Below are positions 1-8,790 of a DNA stretch of 64,000 nucleotides, one piece after another. The translations under genes were made by a program, and so were the position numbers. Each line of letters starts with the position of its first letter. The first letter of the stretch is position 1. The notes under the pieces are model-generated. The model did no database searches and was not told the DNA's origin. It was given only the letters and a program-made list of their open reading frames with translations. Source of the DNA: a virus; IMG/VR virus record IMGVR_UViG_3300016665_000370, positions 29,978-93,977 of that record. One strand, 5' to 3'.

Positions 1-917
1 CGCTTATTAACTAAAGCTAAATTCTTTATCTTAATACTTTCATTTAAATATTCTTTAAATATACTTTGATTTTTCTTACCATTAATTGATAAGGTATATA
101 GATCACTCCATTTACCTTTTCTTTGCTGCCTATGAATTGTTGAAATAACTCCAAAGGCAGAAAGTACATTCTGCATTGTTTGTAGGAATTTTTCATTTAT
201 AGATGCAACTCTATAATATTTCTTTTTTACAGAGACATTTCCGTCTGCATCAAAGAATCCAGAAATAAATGAGAATAAAACTTCTTTCTTTGCAGAAAGT
301 AAAGATTCTGGAAATACAATATCTTTTGATTTTTGCTTTAAAAGATTATTATGTTCTAGAAACTTAATAACTTCTTTTGAATGAATAACTACATCTGTAG
401 AGTTATCGTTTTCTTTAGTTTTAATGGTTGGACTTGTATTAAATACAACTTGAATGTTATTAATTAGCTTATCTTTAATTTCTGACCATTCATTAGATGT
501 ACATACAGAAATAGAATCTTTATAAACACATCCATCTCCATACATTTGACCAAGAACATATGCTAATTCAATAGTTAGAGTAGTTGGTTGAGATATATCT
601 TTCTTTCCAGAATAATCAATGGTTTTTAGATTAATTTCTGAACCTTCCCATCCATTGCCTATAATCTGAGAAACTTTAGATCCTACATGAATATCTTTTA
701 TTTGTTTTTCAGAATCAACGCAATGTAAAACATGATCTTTGCTAGCAAATAGTTCTTTACCATGTTTTGTTTTTACTTTTACTAAAGATTTTTTATTCTT
801 TAGTACTTTAAGTACATTTACCCATTTCTTAGCTGTCCAAACCTTGTCATTTGGATTTACTTGAGAAATTGGTTTTAGTCCATTTAATGTAAGAACTAAT
901 GTATCTCCACGTAGACA
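1..917 (-). mobile_element. Intein with LAGLIDADG homing endonuclease in the RNR (partial)
   Basis: After REVAQ the frame continues CLRGDTLVLTLNGLKPISQV (block A), ...LFASKDHVLH (block B), ELAYVLGQMYGDG and FSFISGFFDADG (two LAGLIDADG motifs). The C-terminal junction is outside the window. Confidence 0.92.
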
Positions 918-1433
918 TTGAGCTACTTCTCTTGTAGTATTAGAGAATCTTTCCATAAAGATTCCAATACCATCGGTTGTTTTAGCTGCGTTATTTGTTA
1001 CCATACCTTTTGGTCGAATGGTAGAAATATCAACACCTACTCCACATCTACGTTTCATTAGCTGAGCAAGCTCTTGATCAGTAGTTAGAATTCCACCATA
1101 AGAATCATAGGGAGGATTTACTACAAAACAATTTCCTAGTGATTGAACATAAATATTGTTTCCAATACCAAACATTGGACTACCTTGTGGAACAATATAT
1201 TTAAACTTATCTAGTAGATTGAAGATTTCATCTTCGCTCATTCCATTTTCGTATTTAGCTTCTATTCTAGCAAATTCTTTTGCCATTCTTTTATGCATAT
1301 CTCTTGGAGTTAATTCTAGATATTCTCCATTTTTATTTTGAAGCGCATATTTATCCACGAATACTTTTGCTGCTAATTCATCATTGTTAAAATATTTTAA
1401 AGACTCGCTATATACTTGATCGTACTTATACAT
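1..1433 (-). CDS. nrdJ: Class II (B12-dependent) ribonucleotide reductase, N-terminal part, interrupted by an intein; runs off the window edge
   Basis: Not in the ORF track. Manual translation from ATG 1433 (AGGA just upstream) gives MYKYDQVYSESLKYFNNDELAAKVFVDKYALQ...IVPQGSPMFGIG...SLGNCFVV...DSYGGI...QLMKRRCGVGVDISTIRPKG...NAAKTTDG...FMERFSNTTREVAQ. These are RNR large-subunit motifs of the NrdJ type. Confidence 0.9.
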   Translation of the reverse strand, partial: MYKYDQVYSESLKYFNNDELAAKVFVDKYALQNKNGEYLELTPRDMHKRMAKEFARIEAKYENGMSEDEIFNLLDKFKYIVPQGSPMFGIGNNIYVQSLGNCFVVNPPYDSYGGILTTDQELAQLMKRRCGVGVDISTIRPKGMVTNNAAKTTDGIGIFMERFSNTTREVAQCLRGDTLVLTLNGLKPISQVNPNDKVWTAKKWVNVLKVLKNKKSLVKVKTKHGKELFASKDHVLHCVDSEKQIKDIHVGSKVSQIIGNGWEGSEINLKTIDYSGKKDISQPTTLTIELAYVLGQMYGDGCVYKDSISVCTSNEWSEIKDKLINNIQVVFNTSPTIKTKENDNSTDVVIHSKEVIKFLEHNNLLKQKSKDIVFPESLLSAKKEVLFSFISGFFDADGNVSVKKKYYRVASINEKFLQTMQNVLSAFGVISTIHRQQRKGKWSDLYTLSINGKKNQSIFKEYLNESIKIKNLALVNK

Positions 1434-1447
1434 TATTCCTCATTTGT

Positions 1448-1484
1448 AAAAAATAAAGAATCTATTTTTTAGATAGATTCTTTA
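1448..1484 (-). terminator. Putative intrinsic terminator between the sigma gene and the RNR gene
   Basis: Perfect 12-bp inverted repeat TAAAGAATCTAT-N7-ATAGATTCTTTA (1454-1484), followed on the minus strand by T6. The stem is AT-rich. Confidence 0.5.
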
Positions 1485-1507
1485 CGTGGTTAATTTATAT
1501 TTCACTA

Positions 1508-2134
1508 TTACTGACTAATTTCTTTTAGTTTTTTTAATGCACAATTTAATTTATAATTAATTTTAGACTTATCTATTCCTGATTTTTTACTATATTCTTC
1601 AAATGATAATTTGTCTTTATTTATACCATAAAGGTTTTCTATAATATCTTTGTCTTCTTTTGATAATTCATTTATTTTTTCATTCAACCATTTATAATTT
1701 ATTTTTTTAATAAATTTATATTCTGGTGAATTGTTAGCATCTTCTAGGTTTAAAGGAATTTGATCTATTTTGGGAGGTGTTTTTTTAGCTACTGCAATTG
1801 GGATTCTTACTGTTGAATAAGCATTTGCTGATCTATAAATTCTTGTATCTATATATTTATGCAGCCACCAAAAAATAGATCCTTTTGAAGAATCAAAGTT
1901 TTTTAAACCCATTACCAAAGCTTCATATGCATCTTGATTTAAATCTTCATAATTTGAAAATTTCTTATATTGAGAAGTTTTTGATAAGACCATATACTTG
2001 AATTTATCAACCATTAATTTTTCATGGGAATTTAAAATTATTTTATCTTTTAAAGATTTAGTTTCATTGTATTTGTTTTTTAATTCAATTAATTTAGATA
2101 ATAAATCGTTTGCTTCTTTTTCAGATATAGACAT
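1508..2134 (-). CDS. Sigma70-family RNA polymerase sigma factor (regions 2 and 4)
   Basis: Region 2-like YEDLNQDAYEALVMGLKNFDSSKG...VRIP. Region 4 HTH LSKEDKDIIENLYGI...LSFEEYSKKSGI...ALKKLK. Confidence 0.88.
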   Translation of the reverse strand: MSISEKEANDLLSKLIELKNKYNETKSLKDKIILNSHEKLMVDKFKYMVLSKTSQYKKFSNYEDLNQDAYEALVMGLKNFDSSKGSIFWWLHKYIDTRIYRSANAYSTVRIPIAVAKKTPPKIDQIPLNLEDANNSPEYKFIKKINYKWLNEKINELSKEDKDIIENLYGINKDKLSFEEYSKKSGIDKSKINYKLNCALKKLKEISQ

Positions 2135-2140
2135 AATACC

Positions 2141-2326
2141 TTAACTGTAATTTGAAGACGCCCAACCGCCTCCTTTTAGTATAAATCCGGTACCCTTACT
2201 AATCAAGCGCCTCACGGCAGTTTCTAAATTATTTTTTTTACATTCTGGACAAAATTCAATTGTCTCAGAAATTTTATGTTCAATTTCCATTACTCCATGA
2301 ATAGAACATTCATACTCATAAATCAT
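2141..2326 (-). CDS. FmdB-family zinc ribbon protein
   Basis: YEYECSIHG...CPEC...RRLIS...FILKGGGWA. Confidence 0.85.
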   Translation of the reverse strand: MIYEYECSIHGVMEIEHKISETIEFCPECKKNNLETAVRRLISKGTGFILKGGGWASSNYS

Positions 2327-2652
2327 GACTTCCTCCTAAACATTTTTCCAAAATCTCTACGTATTTGTTCTTTTTGAACAGTATTAGATTGATATTTAGA
2401 TTCTCCTACAAGATTTGCTAAGTAATTTTCATTTCTTTCAGATTCTCTCTTAATCTTGTTTACTTCTTCTTTCATTTTTTCTTTAAACTCATCTGGATTT
2501 AGTTCCATTCTAGCTCCACCTTCACAATTAATTAATCTACGTACTGCTTCTGCATTACAAGCAGGACAGAACTTTGGTGGATTATCTTTAATTGAATATT
2601 CAGCTTCCCATTCATGATTACATGCATCACATTTATGTAAATACGTTATCAT
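2323..2652 (-). CDS. FmdB-family zinc ribbon protein with helical C-terminal extension
   Basis: YLHKCDACNHEWE...CPACN...VRRLI; ATGA overlap with the next gene. Confidence 0.75.
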   Translation of the reverse strand: MITYLHKCDACNHEWEAEYSIKDNPPKFCPACNAEAVRRLINCEGGARMELNPDEFKEKMKEEVNKIKRESERNENYLANLVGESKYQSNTVQKEQIRRDFGKMFRRKS

Positions 2653-2661
2653 TTTCTCCTA

Positions 2662-4047
2662 TTAAAATCCTTGTAAATCTTCCATATATTCTGACAAATC
2701 ATTTGCATCAATAAAGCTTTCTTCAAACTCAAGCTTATTATCTAATAATGTACCGCAAGATAAATTCTTTAATAAAGAACCTTTTCCTAATTGACCTTCT
2801 CGATTCTTTATAATAAAATACTCCATATCCGTATATTGAGATTCATTTTGTCTTGTATGTATTTGTACAGCTATATTTGCATTGGTTACAATCAAACTAG
2901 ATCTACCAATTCTATGCATACCGATTTTTTCTTCTGTATCTTTTGTTGGTTTTACTCTATTAAGCTGAACTGCACTTAATACAATTAATTTATGAACTCG
3001 ACCAAACTCATGAACTCCTTCGGATATCTTTCCTAGTTTTAACCAATCATCCATTCCTTTATCATTCTCATAATCCATTAGACCTAAATAGTCAATAGAT
3101 ACTACTCTTGGTAAGAAAGAAGATTTAGTTTCTTCATATATTGATTCTATAACCTCAACTGTAACTCCTCTAGGAGCATCTACAATTTCAAACTGATATG
3201 GATATCTTTTTATAAAGTCTAATGCTTTTTTTACTCTTAATTGCTCTTCTTTATTTAAAGAAGCATTCTTTAGTTTCTTTGTTTCTACATTAGCCAATCT
3301 TGCAAGAACTCGATGAAAACAAGGTTCCAATGGCATTTCTAATGAAAAGTATAAAACATTAGAACCTTCTGTAAAATCAACAGAATCTATTGTATTATTC
3401 TGTAACCACATCTGTATTGACATGTTCATCAATAACATTGACTTACCAGAATTTGATTCTCCACATATTAATACAAATTCTCCATCTTGAAGTCCATTTG
3501 TATATTCATCAAATGCAGAATAACCTGTTTTCACACTATCATTTAATTCTTTACCATTCTTTCTTGCTTCTAGTTTTGCATTATATTTTTCTGTAAAAGT
3601 AGAAATAGAATCTTTTAATGATTTCTTTTCAAATGCTTTTTTTCTATTTAAACTATTTACTTCATTAACTACTGATTTTATCTTTGGTAAAGAACTTAGT
3701 GCATCTGTAGAATTTAATAGTTCTTCTTTTAATGCTTCTAATTTATTAGAAGCATATCTTTGTTTTATCTTTTCAAGATCATGCTTAAATTCTTTTTCAT
3801 TGTATTGAATTGTTTCTAATTTGTTCCAAGTCTTTTCTATTGTTTCAACTAACTTTTCATTTTTTATTCTTTCTTTTAATACTCTTAATGTAGGAACATC
3901 TTTGTTAGCAGAAATATATTTTAAAACAGTACTTGCAAAGGAGAAGTATTCTGTTTCAAAAAAGTTTACATTACATTCATACAAAAAATCTTGAGCTAAG
4001 TTCTTATTAGAACATATTGCTTTTAAAATATTTAAATCTAAATTCAT
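2662..4047 (-). CDS. dnaB: DnaB-like replicative helicase
   Basis: TGYSAFD, Walker A GESNSGKS, YFSLEM, IDYLGLM, AVQLNR, IIKNREG. Confidence 0.92.
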   Translation of the reverse strand: MNLDLNILKAICSNKNLAQDFLYECNVNFFETEYFSFASTVLKYISANKDVPTLRVLKERIKNEKLVETIEKTWNKLETIQYNEKEFKHDLEKIKQRYASNKLEALKEELLNSTDALSSLPKIKSVVNEVNSLNRKKAFEKKSLKDSISTFTEKYNAKLEARKNGKELNDSVKTGYSAFDEYTNGLQDGEFVLICGESNSGKSMLLMNMSIQMWLQNNTIDSVDFTEGSNVLYFSLEMPLEPCFHRVLARLANVETKKLKNASLNKEEQLRVKKALDFIKRYPYQFEIVDAPRGVTVEVIESIYEETKSSFLPRVVSIDYLGLMDYENDKGMDDWLKLGKISEGVHEFGRVHKLIVLSAVQLNRVKPTKDTEEKIGMHRIGRSSLIVTNANIAVQIHTRQNESQYTDMEYFIIKNREGQLGKGSLLKNLSCGTLLDNKLEFEESFIDANDLSEYMEDLQGF

Positions 4048-4745
4048 TTACCTCTAAAGTCCTGACCTAATACTGGAATTGATTCTACATATCCAGAAAA
4101 TAAAGAAGATAAACTGCTTTTTAATTGACCAGAAAATGCATTTAATACATTTGGACTATTTGTAGCCATTAATGTTGGTATTTTGTTTTGAGATCTTGTT
4201 CTAAAGATGTTTTCTAATGTTCTTGCATATAAATCACTTGCACTTTCTGATCCTATAAATCTTCCATCAAATTCATCTATTACAAGAAAATCTACTGTCG
4301 TAAGCTCTTTTCTAATTATAAACTTTTCATCAATATTTGAATTAAATACACTTACAATATCACTCAATGTAGTGTATAAACATGTGTAATCTTTTACACA
4401 TGCAGCTTTCAATATATTGCATAAAACAGTACTTTTACCTACACCATGAGATCCGCATAAACAAATAGATTTTCCTTTTGTATAAGATTCTTTTAAATCA
4501 GCAACATATTCATCATGTTTTTTAAGTAAGTTTTTTTCTCCTTTAAAATCTTTCATCCAAAGATCCCAATATTCTACAGGAATGTTTGAATTATAAAATC
4601 TATTAATGGAAATAATCTTGATTGATTTTATTTTTTCACTAATATCATTCTGATTTTTTATTTCTTGTATTTTTAATTCTAATTTTTTTATTGGAATATT
4701 GTTTAGGGATTTTGAGTGCTGAAATGTTTGGAGTTCCATATGCAT
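4044..4745 (-). CDS. DnaC/IstB-like AAA+ ATPase (helicase loader)
   Basis: Walker A GSHGVGKS, Walker B FLVIDEF, R...PTLMATN, C-terminal GQDFR. Translationally coupled to the helicase gene. The start may be 4739. Confidence 0.85.
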   Translation of the reverse strand: MHMELQTFQHSKSLNNIPIKKLELKIQEIKNQNDISEKIKSIKIISINRFYNSNIPVEYWDLWMKDFKGEKNLLKKHDEYVADLKESYTKGKSICLCGSHGVGKSTVLCNILKAACVKDYTCLYTTLSDIVSVFNSNIDEKFIIRKELTTVDFLVIDEFDGRFIGSESASDLYARTLENIFRTRSQNKIPTLMATNSPNVLNAFSGQLKSSLSSLFSGYVESIPVLGQDFRGK

Positions 4746-5061
4746 TCTCTTTTTCTAAAATAACATCATCTTCAACTGTAGAAAACTCATCTTCATTTTT
4801 TTCAAAAGTAGAAAATAAATCTTTAATTTTCTTTTTTTCTATTTTTATTTCTTTTATTTTTTCATTTGCAACTTTTGTTGCATGTTCATGAATTAAATCT
4901 TCGTTTACTTTTTTAGTAACTTTTATAAAAAGTATTTTTGATAAATTTATATTTTCATAAACACAATCTTGATTTTCAATTATTAAAGGATTGATACTTA
5001 TAACCTTTCCTTCAATTGAACTTGATTCAAATGTTATTTTTATATTGTCATTTAAATTCAT
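4645..5061 (-). CDS. Hypothetical protein, possible N-terminal Sm-like beta fold
   Basis: ATGA-coupled ORF with IKITFESSSIEGKVISI...INLSKILFIKV. Its 3' end overlaps the loader gene by about 100 nt. Confidence 0.55.
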   Translation of the reverse strand: MNLNDNIKITFESSSIEGKVISINPLIIENQDCVYENINLSKILFIKVTKKVNEDLIHEHATKVANEKIKEIKIEKKKIKDLFSTFEKNEDEFSTVEDDVILEKENAYGTPNISALKIPKQYSNKKIRIKNTRNKKSE

Positions 5062-5603
5062 ACAACCCTTGAAATAAATGATAAATCAATTCCTAGATTT
5101 TTAATTGATTTTGATTGTTCATTATCTGACTGCATAATAAATGCTAGATCTCCATATGTCAAAATAGATTCATTTATGTCTTTTATTTTTTCAATCAATT
5201 CTTTTGGCAATGACATAGATCTATCTATCGTTGCAAAAATTTGATTTGAATAATATTTTGATTTAAATTCTCTTATATTATCTTCTTTTGTAAGAAAACT
5301 AATAGATGTAAACTTTCTTTTTAATTTTGTTGTTTTTGTAGCAAATAACCAATCTATATAAGTTTTTAGAACTTCTGGATCACTTGAAAGATTAATATAT
5401 AATTTGTTAATATTAAACATTTCAAATGATTTTGATGGTTGAGGCGCATTGAACTTAAATTCATAATCACATGAATATTTTTCTTTATACTTTTTACAAA
5501 AATATCCAAGAATTCCAGTCTTAGACCAAAACTTATGTTCTACAGTTTCGATTTCTTTAAATTTTTCAAATAGTTTTTCATAATGAATATTTGGTGCTTC
5601 CAT
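5058..5603 (-). CDS. Hypothetical protein in the replication cluster
   Basis: 181-aa ORF, co-oriented, coupled to the downstream gene. Confidence 0.65.
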   Translation of the reverse strand: MEAPNIHYEKLFEKFKEIETVEHKFWSKTGILGYFCKKYKEKYSCDYEFKFNAPQPSKSFEMFNINKLYINLSSDPEVLKTYIDWLFATKTTKLKRKFTSISFLTKEDNIREFKSKYYSNQIFATIDRSMSLPKELIEKIKDINESILTYGDLAFIMQSDNEQSKSIKNLGIDLSFISRVV

Positions 5604-5606
5604 AAT

Positions 5607-5629
5607 AAAAAAAGGGAGCTAAACTCCCT
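5607..5629 (-). terminator. Intrinsic terminator-like hairpin after the SF2 helicase gene
   Basis: Minus strand AGGGAG-TTTAG-CTCCCT followed by a T-tract. Confidence 0.7.
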
Positions 5630-5636
5630 ATCCTCC

Positions 5637-8306
5637 TTAATTTCCTAATATTTTAAATCCTGGTTCTTGTATATAAGTTTCATATCTTATTTTTGAATGA
5701 TTATCCAAAAATCTAACATTATCCATAAAGTCTACAATTGCTGCTTTTGTTTTATCTTTGTAAGCTCTAATAACTCGACCTATTCTTTGCAATGTTCTTA
5801 CTTTAGATTTTCCTCCTCCACATAAAACTAATGCAGATAATTTTGGCAAATCCATTCCAATGTCAAATATTGTACTAGCAATTATACAATCTATTTCTCC
5901 ATCATTTAATTTTTGCTTTATTATATTTCTTTTTTCCAAAGAATCATTTCCATACAAAAGCTCGCAATTAATTCCTTCATTTATAAATTCATTGTATAAC
6001 TTTTTACCATGCTCTATGGTTTTAAATAAAACTAATGGTTTATATTTCTTTTCTATAAGATATTTTGTATTCCTAACTATTAATGCGTTTCTTATGTCAT
6101 TATTTACAATATATTCTTTATATACTTCTTGAAATGTTCTTGCATGAATTGTTTGATGCGGAACATTTACAAATTTAATAACTGGTTGAGCTAATACTTT
6201 CTTTTCTATTAATTCAGATGCAGATACATTGCATATTATTTTACCAAGCATAGCTTCTGTTAATAAATCACTTCCATCATCTCTAAATGGCGTTCCTGAT
6301 AATCCATAAATTCTCTCTGGATCTATATATTTATAGATTTGTTGTAACGTATCGCAAGTACATGCATGACACTCATCTATAATATGAACCTTAGCTTCTT
6401 TTAAACATTGTAGGATTTTAAATTTATCTTTTATAGATGGTGGTAATTCTTTTATAGATTCATCATCCATTACAAGAGATTCTTTCTTTACTTCTAATGC
6501 TGAACCTAATGTCCACACAGATGCTATTGTTATTCTTTTTGGATTACAAATTCCATTTCCTATCCAACCTATTTCTTCTTTAAATAACTTTGAATATAGA
6601 TCATGAAATTGTTGCAATAAATCTAATCCTATTACATAAATAATTGTAGGTTTATTAAATTCTTTTACAATTTGAGCAGATACAAATGTATTATGATTTA
6701 TAAAACCATTTGAAACAAAGCTATGTGTTTCTGGTATACAGAAATCGTAATTATCAGAAATTACTTTTTCTATTTTAGAAACTTTTAAGAAAATTTTATC
6801 TTTTATAGTAGATTTAATTTCATTTACTTTTTCACCCTCTTCGCAATTATCTAAATATTTTTCTAAATTTGCTTTAGATGGGTTTCTATAACTACCCCAA
6901 GATTTAATTGTTTTTGTGTTTTCAAATCCAGGTTTTAGTTTTGTACTTTTAATATTTTTTCTTTGGAATGGAACACAATTAACATTTAAATTAAAATTTT
7001 TATTTGTAAAATTTACTTTTTTAATTTTATGACCATTTGGATCTAAACCAATTTCATTCATAAACTTTGGAATAAATTCATTATATATTGTTAATATAAA
7101 ACAATCATTTCTGCTTGTTTTTTTCATTCTTTTTGAGGCTACAATTCCAAAGTTTAATAAAATTGTTTGAATTTGATCTATTAATTTTTCATTAGATAGT
7201 CCTAGACATATAGATCTTGACTCTACCCATCCATCTGTTTCATAAATTCCTCTTATAAACATAGCAAGAGGTTCTTTCTTTAACATTCTTATATTCTTTG
7301 GAATTTCTTTATTTATAGATTTGCAGTATTTAAATCCATAATCATATAATTCTTTTCTATAGGATGTAGAATATATATTTAAAGATTTTGCCTTTGATTT
7401 TGTATTATATAATTTGTATTTTATATTTAATTTATTTAAATAATTAACTCCAAAATCTAAAATATGTTTATCCATATTTGTTAGAGTAACAACTCCTTTA
7501 GTAGTTAGACCTCCATCTCCTATTAATAAACCATACCAATAAGCAGTATCTAAATCTAGATCATTAGATCCAAACATTTGTGTATTATATGATATTGCAA
7601 CATAATCTTTTTCTGAAATTTCAGAAAGTTTTTTCCAAGCTAATTTACCATCAGTATTAATTATTTTAATTCTATGATTTGGAGTTCCAGTTATTGAATA
7701 ACCATATTTTGTAGTAATCTTAATAGACTCAGATACTCCATCATAATAAAAATGTGATGAAGTATCTTTATTATTATTTGTTAAAGGAGTTGCAAGCTTA
7801 AGATTAAGCTCTGTACTTTCTTTTTCTTTTACATTTAAATTATAAATTTCTTTTAATTCTTCAAAAGAAAGAATTCCTTTTTCTGTAATATTAAGAGAAT
7901 CTTTGGAAATACACTTACCGCTTCCTGTAGCCGCACGTACAATTCCTATTGTATTTTCTTTGCAAGCTTCAACTATTCTTTGTTGATAATCTCTTGCAGA
8001 AAATCCAATATCATTTAAAATGAGTTCTGGTTCTATTTTTGGTTTTTTTCTTTTATCTTCTATTTCATAAGCAATAGAATTTTCATCTAAGTATTTTTTT
8101 ACTTTATCTAATAATCCAATACCAAATTCATTTTTTTTATTTAAAAGGCGTACAATTCCATCCCAACCATTTTTGTATGCTTGTGTATATTCTACGCCTT
8201 GTTTTTTATAAGATAATAGTTTTGATATTTTTAATATTATGGATTTATCTTCTGTTATTAATTTAGCAACTTTGCTATTTTTTATTAATATTTTTAAATC
8301 ACTCAT
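5637..8306 (-). CDS. SF2 DExH helicase (UvsW/XPB-like) with intein
   Basis: RDYQ, Walker A ATGSGK/T split by the intein, IIDECH, LSGTP, FDIGMDLP, QRIGRVIR. Confidence 0.92.
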   Translation of the reverse strand: MSDLKILIKNSKVAKLITEDKSIILKISKLLSYKKQGVEYTQAYKNGWDGIVRLLNKKNEFGIGLLDKVKKYLDENSIAYEIEDKRKKPKIEPELILNDIGFSARDYQQRIVEACKENTIGIVRAATGSGKCISKDSLNITEKGILSFEELKEIYNLNVKEKESTELNLKLATPLTNNNKDTSSHFYYDGVSESIKITTKYGYSITGTPNHRIKIINTDGKLAWKKLSEISEKDYVAISYNTQMFGSNDLDLDTAYWYGLLIGDGGLTTKGVVTLTNMDKHILDFGVNYLNKLNIKYKLYNTKSKAKSLNIYSTSYRKELYDYGFKYCKSINKEIPKNIRMLKKEPLAMFIRGIYETDGWVESRSICLGLSNEKLIDQIQTILLNFGIVASKRMKKTSRNDCFILTIYNEFIPKFMNEIGLDPNGHKIKKVNFTNKNFNLNVNCVPFQRKNIKSTKLKPGFENTKTIKSWGSYRNPSKANLEKYLDNCEEGEKVNEIKSTIKDKIFLKVSKIEKVISDNYDFCIPETHSFVSNGFINHNTFVSAQIVKEFNKPTIIYVIGLDLLQQFHDLYSKLFKEEIGWIGNGICNPKRITIASVWTLGSALEVKKESLVMDDESIKELPPSIKDKFKILQCLKEAKVHIIDECHACTCDTLQQIYKYIDPERIYGLSGTPFRDDGSDLLTEAMLGKIICNVSASELIEKKVLAQPVIKFVNVPHQTIHARTFQEVYKEYIVNNDIRNALIVRNTKYLIEKKYKPLVLFKTIEHGKKLYNEFINEGINCELLYGNDSLEKRNIIKQKLNDGEIDCIIASTIFDIGMDLPKLSALVLCGGGKSKVRTLQRIGRVIRAYKDKTKAAIVDFMDNVRFLDNHSKIRYETYIQEPGFKILGN
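6690..7913 (-). mobile_element. 408-aa intein with LAGLIDADG endonuclease inserted in the helicase Walker A motif
   Basis: Junctions GSGK|CISKDS...TPNHR...YDFCIPETHSFVSNGFINHN|TFV. LAGLIDADG motifs WYGLLIGDG and FIRGIYETDG. Confidence 0.95.
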
Positions 8307-8341
8307 CTACTATATTATAGTAGATAATATCAAAAAGTCAA
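8305..8341 (-). promoter_or_regulatory. Sigma70-like promoter, probably leaderless, with an overlapping palindrome
   Basis: TTGACT(8341-8336)-N16-TATAAT(8319-8314)-N7-ATG(8306). Palindrome ATCTACTATA-T-TATAGTAGAT at 8305-8325. Confidence 0.7.
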
Positions 8342-8580
8342 TAAAACAAAATAATATTTTGGAATTTTTCTTTTTGTATAATATTACCTTCGCCTAATTT
8401 ATCATAATAATATTTTATTTGTTCTATTGTTCCTGTTAATATAAAATTTTCTACATCTATTAAATCTTGTTTGTCTTTGTTTTTTAAAATAAGATTTGCA
8501 GCAATATAATGTGCCAAATCATATTGCTTAAGCTTTATGATAGAATTTTTTATATAAATAGAAGAACAAAATTTATTCAT
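8338..8580 (-). CDS. Hypothetical protein
   Basis: 80-aa ORF abutting the upstream gene. Confidence 0.55.
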   Translation of the reverse strand: MNKFCSSIYIKNSIIKLKQYDLAHYIAANLILKNKDKQDLIDVENFILTGTIEQIKYYYDKLGEGNIIQKEKFQNIILFY

Positions 8581-8790
8581 TTAGTCTTTAGGTTTTGGTT
8601 TATCTAACAGATTATATCCAATACCTTCGACTTCAGAAACAAGAAGTTCAAACACATGAGCTTCATTTGCAGACATACTTCTTGTTAGTTCTAATACATG
8701 CTTTCCACATTTTGTTAATACACCAGATTTAGTAACTCCGCTTTTCATAAATACATTTACATCTTTATTTAATAGACTATCAAAATTCAT
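8581..8790 (-). CDS. Small Sm/Hfq-like fold protein
   Basis: LLNKDVNVFMKSGVTKSGVLTKCGKHVLEL...LLVSEVEGI matches the Sm1/Sm2 pattern; 69 aa. Confidence 0.55.
   Translation of the reverse strand: MNFDSLLNKDVNVFMKSGVTKSGVLTKCGKHVLELTRSMSANEAHVFELLVSEVEGIGYNLLDKPKPKD

Noticed and set aside
8305-8325. NrdR box
   Set aside because: It resembles the consensus but has an odd, one-base-longer centre, and it lies upstream of the helicase gene and not the RNR gene.
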